DNA of 64,000 nt from Promethearchaeota archaeon (GTDB taxonomy: Archaea; Asgardarchaeota; Lokiarchaeia; Sigyniarchaeales; SOKP01), in assembly GCA_019057795.1 (NCBI GenBank), contig JAHLWS010000078.1:32001-96000 (forward strand). The letters are read 5' to 3'. Position 1 is the stretch's first letter. Each line of letters opens with the position of its first letter. Position numbers and translations under genes: made by a program. Below, piece after piece: positions 10,762 through 19,987 of the stretch. Below the pieces are notes generated by a model. It ran no database searches. It was given only the letters and a program-made list of their open reading frames with translations, and was not told the DNA's origin.

Positions 10762-11676
10762 TCATTCCTCGTTAATATCAAGAATGTTCGAAATGAACAT
10801 TTCACGATTAAATGGCTCTAAATCGTCATATCCTTGTCCCGTTCCTACAAATAAAATAGGTTTTTTAGTTTCGTAAGATATTGATAACGCAGCACCACCC
10901 TTAGCGTCAGCATCTAATTTGGTTAGAATGTTTGCATCAATTCCTACGCTATTATTAAACTCTTTGGCTTGGGTTAACGCATCATTTCCAGCAAGGGAAT
11001 CTCCAATAAATAAGACTAAATCTGGTTCGGCAACTTTAACGATTTTTTGCATTTCTCTCATTAAATTTTTATTACTAACTTGTCTCCCCGCAGTATCAAC
11101 TAGTACAACATTAATTCCTTTTGCTGTTGCGTGTTGTATTGCGTCAAAAGCAACACTTGCAGGATCTGATTTATATTCATGCTTGATAACTCTAATTCCA
11201 ATATTTTGCATATGGTAAGAGAGTTGTTCAATTGCCGCCGCTCTGAACGTGTCCGAAGCCGCAGCTACAGAAGATAAATTATTATTTTTTAAATAATGAG
11301 CTATTTTTGCAATTGTAGTCGTCTTCCCAGTCCCGTTTACACCTAGAAAAACTATAATATATGGCAAGTTTTTAGAATTTTTAATATTTATCTCATCCAA
11401 TAAATTTATGTCTTTTTCAGGCGTTAAAATGTCGGTAATTACATCTTTTAAAACATCAAATAAAAATTTACTTTTTGACGATAATAGACCTATCTCTACG
11501 CCCTTAAGCGAATCTTTTATTTTATCGCAGAGGATATCTGCGGTTTCGGTAGCTACATCATTTCCAATTAATAATAAATTCAGATCGTATAAAGTATCAT
11601 CTAAACTTTTGTCAGATAAAGTCTTTTTAACGAAAATAGAGAAAACATTACTTAATTTTTTCATTGACTTAACCAC
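10762..11676 (-). CDS. ftsY: SRP receptor FtsY
   Basis: GVNGTGKTTT, DTFRAAA, DTAGR, TKLDADAKGG. Confidence 0.96.
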   Translation of the reverse strand: MVKSMKKLSNVFSIFVKKTLSDKSLDDTLYDLNLLLIGNDVATETADILCDKIKDSLKGVEIGLLSSKSKFLFDVLKDVITDILTPEKDINLLDEINIKNSKNLPYIIVFLGVNGTGKTTTIAKIAHYLKNNNLSSVAAASDTFRAAAIEQLSYHMQNIGIRVIKHEYKSDPASVAFDAIQHATAKGINVVLVDTAGRQVSNKNLMREMQKIVKVAEPDLVLFIGDSLAGNDALTQAKEFNNSVGIDANILTKLDADAKGGAALSISYETKKPILFVGTGQGYDDLEPFNREMFISNILDINEE

Positions 11677-11727
11677 ATGAATTGAAGATTAATACTATTT
11701 TAAAATAAGTGAAAAATTCAAATTATT

Positions 11728-12147
11728 TTAGCCCGTTTTACCTTGAAACATTTGGTTTATTCCTTGAAGGTTATAATCCAAGGTTATAATTCTCTCTTTT
11801 AAAAACTTTAGTTGTTCATTATGTTGTTTCATAAGTTTATTGATAAATTCAATTGATTCTTCAATTGTTTTTTCAATTACGATGTCTTGGTTAACAGCCA
11901 CAAGAACTTTTTTTGTATCTTTAATTGATCCTTTTATGTTCACTAGACCCCCAATTGGGATTAGAATCTCGTCGTTTTCATCTATTCCATCTTTTAAATT
12001 ATCAAGAGTCTTTTTTGTAGTGTATAAATTTCCAAGAGACACATTGACTATTTCAAATTGCCCTTGGAACATATCTCGTTGTTCTTTAAGATACCTGAAT
12101 TGCTGTAATTGTTTTTCAAAATTTTGATTGTTTTCCATACGAATCAA
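11728..12147 (-). CDS. pfdA: Prefoldin alpha subunit
   Basis: EILIPIGG...KVLVAV hairpins between coiled coils; synteny. Confidence 0.88.
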   Translation of the reverse strand: MIRMENNQNFEKQLQQFRYLKEQRDMFQGQFEIVNVSLGNLYTTKKTLDNLKDGIDENDEILIPIGGLVNIKGSIKDTKKVLVAVNQDIVIEKTIEESIEFINKLMKQHNEQLKFLKERIITLDYNLQGINQMFQGKTG

Positions 12148-12170
12148 CTATACTATATGTGAGAAAGTTT

Positions 12171-12398
12171 TTATTGCGATAATTCGCGAATAAGATAATC
12201 CTTACACTCTTCTTGAGAAATCACTTTAATTTCTTGAATATTTATTTGTCTTCTCAAAATGCCGATCGATGTGACTTGAGTAAGTGCTTTTTCAAGAGCA
12301 TTTTCTTCGTTTAAGGCTCTAACTTCCTTTCGAAACAAATATTTTTTATGTTTTTTTTTGTAAGTACCTATAATCCGATAAATTTTAATCTCTGACAT
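12171..12398 (-). CDS. rpl18a: 50S ribosomal protein L18Ae/LX
   Basis: KIYRIIG...FRKEVRALNEENALEK; synteny. Confidence 0.85.
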   Translation of the reverse strand: MSEIKIYRIIGTYKKKHKKYLFRKEVRALNEENALEKALTQVTSIGILRRQINIQEIKVISQEECKDYLIRELSQ

Positions 12399-12499
12399 GG
12401 GTTATCAATTCCTATGTATCAACGAATTTAAAATTGATAATTATTTTAAAAATATTAAATTTTTGCTTTTTTATTATGTATTGGTTAGCACTAAAGAAT

Positions 12500-13180
12500 T
12501 TAGAGTTTTAGAACGGATGTAAGTCTCATTAGTTCGGGTCCAGTAGACGCCATGCCAAAAATACCACTCTGGTCGTTAACAATCGCTCCTGAGGAGAGAT
12601 AAGGAATCCCTCGGTTAACAGTAGAGACGTCCGTTTCATCTACTTTTAAAATTGTAGAAATAATTTCAATCTCTTCATCAGTTGCAAGAGGGTGTACTAA
12701 ACATCCATGGTTATTCGTTAAAGATATCGATCCAGGAAGATAGTAATTGACGAATTCGTAAACTATGGTCTCGACATTTAAAGTATCTTCAATCTGTTTT
12801 TTATAATCTTTTAAAAAAGAAGAAATTATTGCGCCTTTATCATTACATAAAATCAAATTTCCAAAAGCGTTATCTAAAGATTTGAGAATTCCTATCTTAA
12901 AATTAGTATTCAGCTCATCTGAACATGTCTTTAACTTTTGAAGCTCATCGTCCCTAATTATATGGGGGACTATTATTCCATATTTATTACTTGCTGTGTA
13001 TACACCGATTAAATTAGAATTATTAACTGAAATGGGAAAAAATGGAACTTTAAACACGCTCTCAATTTTCATCATATATGGTTTAAGCAGAGTAGATGGA
13101 TATAAACCAAATAAATTATTGACTGCTAAATAGATCCCTATAGAGTTCTTCCCGAATATCTGGTACTTTAAAATCGTCAT
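12500..13180 (-). CDS. eif6: Translation initiation factor IF-6
   Basis: GNLILCNDKGA, STVNRG, TGPELMR. Confidence 0.93.
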   Translation of the reverse strand: MTILKYQIFGKNSIGIYLAVNNLFGLYPSTLLKPYMMKIESVFKVPFFPISVNNSNLIGVYTASNKYGIIVPHIIRDDELQKLKTCSDELNTNFKIGILKSLDNAFGNLILCNDKGAIISSFLKDYKKQIEDTLNVETIVYEFVNYYLPGSISLTNNHGCLVHPLATDEEIEIISTILKVDETDVSTVNRGIPYLSSGAIVNDQSGIFGMASTGPELMRLTSVLKL

Positions 13181-13357
13181 TTAACAAAACTAAGAAAATC
13201 GTTATGTGGAGTATAAAGTTTTAAACCATAAATATTTTATTAAAAATAGGTAAGTTTAATGAATCTACTACTAATAATTTAAAATATCTATTATTAGCAT
13301 TACAATATCCATTATTTTGGTCAACATTTATTAATAAAAAAATCATAATTATTATTT

Positions 13358-15607
13358 ATGATAAATTGGATTATTGCTTTCTTCTATTTTCTAGAAGAGC
13401 TTGGTTTTTTAAAAATTGAAGACATGATTACTAAGAACCTTCCAATGTTGTTAATTTGCAGATTTTTCTACTGTATCGCCTATTTTCTTAATTATCATAA
13501 GAGCTTTATTGCCGAAACTAACGATAGAAAATCTTTATTTACTCAAAAAGAGATTGTAATCTTCATTTTCAAACAATTGATCTTAATACTCTTTGGAACA
13601 ATCTATTTGGTTTTTGCTGTGTTTATTAGCTTTTATTCCTTAATGATGAGCGGAAGATACATTACCAATATTTCTGAAAAAAGAAAAAATAGATTACTGA
13701 GTATTTTAGGAAAACTTATAACTTTTTCCGCTCCACTTATTGGTATTTTATGGTATACTTTTATCGTAGCGAATTATTATTCCCTTGCTGCTATTGGAGT
13801 GAGCGTAATTGCGTTCCTTCACTATGGATTAAAAATCTCCTCCTTGTCTTTAACTAAAATCTTAGAAAAGTATAGTAAAAGGCGCATCGAGAAAATCCCT
13901 AAAATTATCCCATACCTTCTATTAATTATTTTAATTGCTTTCCCAACTACGGTAATTCTGGGAACTGGAATCTATAAAGTTCAAGAAAAGCAAACATATA
14001 TGGTCCCTATGCGAGATAATATTGAATTAGCCACGGATGTCTATTTTGCTCCTGGATCCTTTGGGGTCCCTCGCCCCGTTATTTTGATTAGAACACCTTA
14101 TGGTAAATCTGGTTGGGCGTATGATTTATATTCTCCCATTTATCTAATTCAAGACTATCATTTAGTTATTCAAGATTTACGTGGTACTCATGATTCTGAG
14201 GGAGGAGAGAGCTTTCTTCTCTTTGTAAATTCTTATAAAGATGGTGTTGATACAATTGATTGGATATTAGATCAAAGCTGGTCTAATGGAAAAATAGCTA
14301 GTGCAGGGGTTTCTGCTCTATGCCTTAACCAATATTACTATGCTGGAATGGGTCCAGATGGATTATTAGCTCAGCAATTATGGTTTGGTACACCAGAAAT
14401 GTTTGACCACGCTATCTTCCAAGGATCTTATCATAAATCCTCCGTTGAGACTTGGATAAAAAGCACTTCTCCTACGAATTGGCGTTATCAAGTGGATACA
14501 ATTTTTTCTAAAACAATCCCTAAAAATGAAATTCTTTACAACTCGACGTCGCTATCAATTCCTATAGGACCGCATTATTCAAATGTTTCTGTCTACGGAA
14601 TTCATGTTGGTGGTTGGTACGATCATTTCTTACAAGGTACTATTGATGGGTATATTGGATACGATGATTATGGGGCTACTAGGGCACAAGGACATCAAAA
14701 ATTGGTGATGGGTCCATGGACTCATGGTTCGATTTATGGCGGACAACAAGGAGAGTTACTATATCCTGGTAATTCTAATGGATTCGATTTATTGCTCGAT
14801 TGGGAGATGGAAATCTTTGATGAAGCTTTGTTAGGCATTCCTGCTGACTGGAGTAGAGCGAGAGTTGCATACTATTTAATGGGTGATGTGGATGTTGATT
14901 CGGATAACTGGAATTACTGGCGTTATGCATATGATTGGCCATTAGATCATGTAGACGATACATGGTATTTCGATGCTGAGGGAGGATTAAGTAAAACCTC
15001 TGCTGGTTTAATAAATAAAGGTTTCTCTTATTTATACGATCCTCGATACCCAGTTCCAAACTTAGGAGGTCAAAATCAGCCATTTGATCTGGCGGGTCCC
15101 ATGGATCAAACATCAATAGAAAATCGATCCGATGTTTTGATATTCGAGACTCCTATTTTAACAGAAACCGTGGAAACAGTTGGTAGAATATGGGGCAACT
15201 TGTTCATTAGTTCAAATTGTACTGACACAGATTTTACTATTAAGTTGACTGATGTATATCCTGACGGTAGATCTATGTTAGTTACTGACGGATCGTTAAC
15301 TGTTCGATATAGATATAACTACACTTCGGAAGTTTTTATGTCAGGTAATCAAAATGATGTTTATGAGCTATTAATAGATTGTTGGTCTACAGCTTATTCT
15401 TTTGCGCCAGGTCATAAAATAAGAGTAACTATTTCGAGTTCTAACTATCCTCGTTTTGCTACAAACCCTAATACTGGAGCACCACTAGCACGAGATTACT
15501 TAAATGCTAACATTGCGAATAATACTCTTCTCGTTGGACCATTATACAGTTCAAGCATCATTTTACCGAGATTAGTGAATATGAGTAGCACTCATACAAT
15601 TTATTAA
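13358..15607 (+). CDS. Membrane-anchored CocE/NonD family hydrolase
   Basis: N-terminal TM helices, VPMRDNIELATDVY, RTPY, QDLRG, GGWYD, MGPWTHG, SSSNYPRF. Confidence 0.88.
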   Translation: MINWIIAFFYFLEELGFLKIEDMITKNLPMLLICRFFYCIAYFLNYHKSFIAETNDRKSLFTQKEIVIFIFKQLILILFGTIYLVFAVFISFYSLMMSGRYITNISEKRKNRLLSILGKLITFSAPLIGILWYTFIVANYYSLAAIGVSVIAFLHYGLKISSLSLTKILEKYSKRRIEKIPKIIPYLLLIILIAFPTTVILGTGIYKVQEKQTYMVPMRDNIELATDVYFAPGSFGVPRPVILIRTPYGKSGWAYDLYSPIYLIQDYHLVIQDLRGTHDSEGGESFLLFVNSYKDGVDTIDWILDQSWSNGKIASAGVSALCLNQYYYAGMGPDGLLAQQLWFGTPEMFDHAIFQGSYHKSSVETWIKSTSPTNWRYQVDTIFSKTIPKNEILYNSTSLSIPIGPHYSNVSVYGIHVGGWYDHFLQGTIDGYIGYDDYGATRAQGHQKLVMGPWTHGSIYGGQQGELLYPGNSNGFDLLLDWEMEIFDEALLGIPADWSRARVAYYLMGDVDVDSDNWNYWRYAYDWPLDHVDDTWYFDAEGGLSKTSAGLINKGFSYLYDPRYPVPNLGGQNQPFDLAGPMDQTSIENRSDVLIFETPILTETVETVGRIWGNLFISSNCTDTDFTIKLTDVYPDGRSMLVTDGSLTVRYRYNYTSEVFMSGNQNDVYELLIDCWSTAYSFAPGHKIRVTISSSNYPRFATNPNTGAPLARDYLNANIANNTLLVGPLYSSSIILPRLVNMSSTHTIY

Positions 15608-15619
15608 TACTTCTTTTTA

Positions 15620-15856
15620 TTATTTTAGCATTTTTAAAAATTCTAATTCATCGATGAAAGTTACACCTAAATCTCTAGCTTTTTTAAAGTTCCTAGATTT
15701 AACATCGGGGTTATTTGTAACTATATACCATAAATCGTTTGAAATGGCGTCTCTTATAACACCCCCCTTCTCAATTACTTTTAATTTTGCTTCTTCTTTA
15801 TTCATAGTTTCTAAATTTCCCGAAAAGTAGAATTTTATTAAAGATAAATCAGCTAT
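15620..15856 (-). CDS. Stand-alone BRCT domain protein (ligase C-terminal-like)
   Basis: FYFSGNLETMNKEEAK...KGG...KARDLGVTFIDELEF. The first strand lies upstream of the ATG at 15805, so the start is uncertain. Confidence 0.7.
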   Translation of the reverse strand: MADLSLIKFYFSGNLETMNKEEAKLKVIEKGGVIRDAISNDLWYIVTNNPDVKSRNFKKARDLGVTFIDELEFLKMLK

Positions 15857-15985
15857 ATTTGACCATCTTCCTTAAGTGTTTAGTTTTGAAATTTTACAAC
15901 AAGAAGATTAAACGAAGTAGCTTTTAAAATTAAATGACTATTAAAAATTTTTAATTTTTAGAATAAAGATAGTGTATTTGTATGT

Positions 15986-16450
15986 TTATTCGGCCAAATA
16001 AACAACTACTAAGCCGTCAATGTTCTTAGTTGCCCTGACCTTTATCTTTCTTGGAGGCTTTTGAATGCCTCTTGACCATATCTTTTCATTTACAGGTTGC
16101 GAAATAATTAGAGATTCAGGTTTGAAATGGCGTTCCATAAATTCTCTGAGATATCTAATCGCTTTTTTTGCCCGCTTATTTCTCGGACCTCGCCGTGCTT
16201 TTGCTAGAGGAATCACATATATTCGTTCATCTATAATTTCTTCCTTAGGGGCTTCTTCCTCTTCTATTTCTTCTAATTCTTCAAGCTCTTCTTCAAAAAC
16301 TTCGCTAACTTCTTCTTCAGAAATCTCATCTAAGCTAAATTCTTCGATCTCTTCTATTTCTTCGTCTTCTACTTTTTCAACTTCTTCAGAATCAGTTAGT
16401 TCTTCCTCTAAGTCGTCCAAACTGATTTCTTTTGTTTTTTTTTTTGCCAT
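15986..16450 (-). CDS. rpl31e: 50S ribosomal protein L31e with acidic N-terminal extension
   Basis: ERIYVIPL, RAKKAI, IWSRGIQKPPRKIKVRA. Confidence 0.93.
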   Translation of the reverse strand: MAKKKTKEISLDDLEEELTDSEEVEKVEDEEIEEIEEFSLDEISEEEVSEVFEEELEELEEIEEEEAPKEEIIDERIYVIPLAKARRGPRNKRAKKAIRYLREFMERHFKPESLIISQPVNEKIWSRGIQKPPRKIKVRATKNIDGLVVVYLAE

Positions 16451-16484
16451 TTTGAATCAATAATGTTATAAATTTGTCTTTAAC

Positions 16485-16646
16485 TTAATCTCTTTTTAAT
16501 CTTGTATTTCGCCACTGTCTTCCCGAGTAGGGGTTGTTTTTAACTTTGCCTCCAGTTCTCTTAACAACCCAGGTTGGAACTGAGCGACTTTGGTTAAGCT
16601 TTTTAGCTCTTCTTAATTTTGAGGGTAGATCTTTATTACGTGCCAT
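16485..16646 (-). CDS. rpl39e: 50S ribosomal protein L39e (not in ORF track)
   Basis: Manual translation MARNKDLPSKLRRAKKLNQSRSVPTWVVKRTGGKVKNNPYSGRQWRNTRLKRD. Confidence 0.92.
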   Translation of the reverse strand: MARNKDLPSKLRRAKKLNQSRSVPTWVVKRTGGKVKNNPYSGRQWRNTRLKRD

Positions 16647-16663
16647 AATACTAATCTCAACCT

Positions 16664-17005
16664 TTATTTTTTGATATTAAATTCTTTTTTTTTTCCTGTG
16701 GTTGTAATTTGTTCTAAAATTTTTTTAAATTCTTTATCGGGTAATGGAGTAGCTCCACGCAGCTTCCCTGATTGGTACAATTGTATTAATTGTAATTCGA
16801 TCTGTTCTGCGAATTGAGGTTTTACTATTCTTATGTTTTCTAATCGTTGGCGTCCTTCTTGGCTCAATATTTGTCTCATTATTTGATATTTTTTGCTTAC
16901 ATATTCTTTTTGTTGATGTTCGGCATATTGTTGTTGGGCTGCTTGTTGCTTTAATTCTTCTAGTTTTCTTCTTCTAATGTTTTCTAATTCATCTTCTTCG
17001 CTCAA
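16664..17005 (-). CDS. PDCD5-like DNA-binding protein
   Basis: ELENIRRRKLEEL, RQRLENIRIVKP, IELQLIQL. Confidence 0.92.
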   Translation of the reverse strand: MSEEDELENIRRRKLEELKQQAAQQQYAEHQQKEYVSKKYQIMRQILSQEGRQRLENIRIVKPQFAEQIELQLIQLYQSGKLRGATPLPDKEFKKILEQITTTGKKKEFNIKK

Positions 17006-17036
17006 AGTTAGACCACAAAGAATAATTTGATTAAAT

Positions 17037-17459
17037 TTATTTTCTTAAAATTGCGTACGCAGTTCTCTCTAAGAGACTTGTCCCTTCTGGAGAAACAATC
17101 CTACCTTTTTTATCTTGTTTTACGATTAAATTGGCTTTTTCTAGCTGCTGCAACGCAACCCGGATAATTTTTCCGCTTCCTTTAGCGCTGTGATGACGCC
17201 CTGGTCCTTTTCTATTTTTTCCCCCGTAATATTTTCTGAGTTTATTAACGCCAATTGGGCCAAATTTTTTAAGTTTCCTCAATAGTGAAGCGCATCTGAT
17301 ATACCAGAAATTTTCATGATCAATTGGAGCTAATTCCTTAAAAAATGCCGTCTTCCAAAATTGACTTCCTTCAGGCGGTTTAATTTCGGGATAATCCTTC
17401 AATTTTTCTGCTAATGTTTTTATCAGTTTCTCGGGTTCTACGATATATATGCTAATAAT
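17037..17459 (-). CDS. rps19e: 30S ribosomal protein S19e
   Basis: WYIRCASLLRK, GSGKIIRVALQQLE; conserved N-terminus (IYIVEPEKLIKTLAEKL) extends upstream of the TTG at 17402 to ATT codons. Confidence 0.93.
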   Translation of the reverse strand: MISIYIVEPEKLIKTLAEKLKDYPEIKPPEGSQFWKTAFFKELAPIDHENFWYIRCASLLRKLKKFGPIGVNKLRKYYGGKNRKGPGRHHSAKGSGKIIRVALQQLEKANLIVKQDKKGRIVSPEGTSLLERTAYAILRK

Positions 17460-17537
17460 TAATACACCAAGAATTAATTATTTATGATACATTTTAAAAG
17501 ATTAAGTAGATTAAAAATTTTTTGATAATTATGGTAT

Positions 17538-17816
17538 TTGGGGACAATGAATCAAGACGAGTTTAAAAAAGTATTATTATCACAACCACATTGTACTTTG
17601 GGAAAAAAAGGAATTACAGATGAATTTATTGCTCATGTACGGCAATTGCTTAAAAGATATAAAATAATAAAAATAAAAATGTTAAAATCTATAGCAAATA
17701 AATCAAATATTAAAAGTATAGCAGACCAGATATCTCAAGCGACGGATTCACATGTTTTAGATGTAAGAGGTAAAACTATTATTGTTTCAAAGCGTCAAAT
17801 TAAAAAAAAGAATTAA
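17538..17816 (+). CDS. YhbY/CRM RNA-binding protein
   Basis: LGKKGIT, IIKIKML, VRGKTIIV. Confidence 0.85.
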   Translation: MGTMNQDEFKKVLLSQPHCTLGKKGITDEFIAHVRQLLKRYKIIKIKMLKSIANKSNIKSIADQISQATDSHVLDVRGKTIIVSKRQIKKKN

Positions 17817-17838
17817 AATTAATTGTGAAATAACCTAA

Positions 17839-18168
17839 ATGGCTAAAAATAAAAGAAAACATCAAGCTATTATTAAACAAATAGCAGATACGAGAATGAG
17901 CTATTTATTTCAAAAAGCACACGATATATTCCCAAACAATAAAGAATTAGCTAATAGGTATGTGTACTTAGCGCGACGATATGCTCAAAGAGCTAAGATT
18001 AAAATCCCCCCAATTTGGAAAAAAAGGATTTGTCATAAATGTAAGGGATTCCTTTATCCTGGAATTAATTGTAGAACGAGAATACATTCAAAAGGAAAAG
18101 GTTCTCATGTATCAACGACTTGTTTGGATTGTAATCAAACAACGCGGTATTTTTTTAAAATAAAGTAA
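17839..18168 (+). CDS. rnp4: RNase P protein component 4 (Rpp21)
   Basis: RYVYLARR, KRICHKC, TCLDC. Confidence 0.9.
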   Translation: MAKNKRKHQAIIKQIADTRMSYLFQKAHDIFPNNKELANRYVYLARRYAQRAKIKIPPIWKKRICHKCKGFLYPGINCRTRIHSKGKGSHVSTTCLDCNQTTRYFFKIK

Positions 18169-18205
18169 TTCATAGATAAAAAATATAATAAATTTCGGAT
18201 TTAAA

Positions 18206-18880
18206 ATGCCTTTAACGATAATTCTGGCAGAATGCGGACTAGAATTGATCCCCAAAGAAATTAGGAAGCATTCAGCTATCCAGAGGAACCTAAAAAGAGA
18301 TAATTATTCCTCACAACTCCTTGATAACGCATTACATCATTCTGCGATGGTTAAGTTAAAAGATGTTGGAAAAAGAGGGCGGCCTGATATTACACATAGC
18401 TGCCTATTAAACGCTTTGGGATCTCCCTTGAATAAAAGTGGTAATTTAAAACTATACATTCATACTTTAAATAATAAAATATTCGAATTTAATCCACAAA
18501 TCAAAATCACTAGAAATTATAATAGATTTAAAGGATTAATGGCAAAATTGCTAAGGGAAAATGAGATTCGAATAAAAGAATTACTTTTAATTTCGCAATT
18601 TAATGGAAATCTAAGGGATTTAGTAAAATCTTTTAAAAAGAGGGAAATCGTAATATTTTCAAGCAGGGGGGAATTAGTTAAATATCATCTCGATTTATTT
18701 GATAAAGATTTGAAAAAAAATTATATTGCTATTATTGGTGGTTTTCAAAAAGGTTATTTTACAGAAGATATCTTAAACCTAAGCGATAAAATTGTATCAA
18801 TTTCGAATTATTCTTTGGATGCGTGGGTTATCTTAAATAAAATAGTTAGCTATTATGAAATTACTAATGACATTATTTAA
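18206..18880 (+). CDS. nep1: 16S rRNA pseudouridine methyltransferase Nep1/Emg1
   Basis: LLDNALH, RGRPDITH, SPLN, RNYNRFKGLM, IGGF. Confidence 0.92.
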   Translation: MPLTIILAECGLELIPKEIRKHSAIQRNLKRDNYSSQLLDNALHHSAMVKLKDVGKRGRPDITHSCLLNALGSPLNKSGNLKLYIHTLNNKIFEFNPQIKITRNYNRFKGLMAKLLRENEIRIKELLLISQFNGNLRDLVKSFKKREIVIFSSRGELVKYHLDLFDKDLKKNYIAIIGGFQKGYFTEDILNLSDKIVSISNYSLDAWVILNKIVSYYEITNDII

Positions 18881-18989
18881 CAAAATAAGTATAAGAAAGT
18901 TTTTTTTTAATCGTTAATATATACAAATAATCAAATTTTTTTCAATACCACTTGAAAAATTCTTTTTAAGTATCTTCTGTTTTTACATT

Positions 18990-19061
18990 GCGCTCTTAGT
19001 ATAGTGGTTAGAATCTCGGGTTTCCAACCCGAGGACCCGGGTTCAATTCCCGGAGGGCGCA
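18990..19061 (+). tRNA. tRNA-Gly(TCC)
   Basis: Acceptor GCGCTCT/AGGGCGC, anticodon arm TCGGG-TTTCCAA-CCCGA, T arm CCGGG-TTCAATT-CCCGG. Confidence 0.96.
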
Positions 19062-19119
19062 TTTATTTAGTATATGCGATATCCATACCAGAGCAATAAT
19101 TATTTACCTTTTCGTCTTT

Positions 19120-19260
19120 AAATGTAATTGAGGAATTTGCAGAGGAATTTTTAGCCGCTAAGAAGTTTTATGAAAAAATAGGATTTAAATTAGATTGTAC
19201 TCAAGACATTAATGAAGATCAAATTTTCTTTGTAAAGAAAAAGAAAAAAAAGAAAAATAG
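19120..19260 (+). pseudogene. C-terminal remnant of a GNAT acetyltransferase
   Basis: Frame reads ...FLAAKKFYEKIGFKL... with no start or N-terminus. Confidence 0.45.
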
Positions 19261-19265
19261 TTCAA

Positions 19266-19460
19266 TTAAGGAGTAATTCTAACTTGTTTAATATTGTGAT
19301 TTGGAAAAAAATCGATTTTTCCTTCTTCCATTCCAGATACTAGTAATCCTGAATTCATAAATTTATAATCAGCATTTTTTAGAATAGTATCTGGTACACG
19401 AGAAGGGGTTTTACGACCTATAAACCAAATCTTAATTTCTGTTGCTTTTTCCCATTCCAT
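19266..19460 (-). CDS. Small hypothetical protein
   Basis: 64-aa ATG ORF with protein-like composition. Confidence 0.55.
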   Translation of the reverse strand: MEWEKATEIKIWFIGRKTPSRVPDTILKNADYKFMNSGLLVSGMEEGKIDFFPNHNIKQVRITP

Positions 19461-19987
19461 TTTAAATTCAACACTATAAAGTTTATTTATAATTTAGAAT
19501 TAGAAATTCAAAAACAATATTAATACTTTTTTAATATCTCTTTCTGTGATAAATTTCGTGAAACGATGATTTCACGAAGAAAAAATGGATATAAATTATG
19601 ATTAGTATTGAAGAAACTTACAATTCTAATTAAGAATCATTAAAATGTATCATCCTTCCATAGATAAATGTTTGTTTCCCTCATTTTTTCACACTTATTA
19701 AAAAAACCTCAAAATTTTAATAAAAAATCATAACAGAGTATTAAGAGTGTTATTATTGGATAATTTATTATAACCTAAAGATATATATAATCAAATTAGT
19801 ATATACATTAATTGAAGAAGCGCCCATTTTTCCATTTCCATTTTATAATCACTTAATCACTTAAAAATAATAATAAAAATAATTAAGGGCGTTTTTTCAC
19901 ATGTTTTCTTATAAACAACATGTAAGGAATAACTAATCTTAAATTTTTTATCGTATTATTGAGCTTTACTGATAATTTTACTTTAAG

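Noticed and set aside
274-16463. Short antisense ORFs in the track (e.g. 274-480, 2057-2308, 6112-6438, 10919-11218, 14775-15116, 16065-16463)
   Set aside because: Shadows of well-supported genes on the opposite strand
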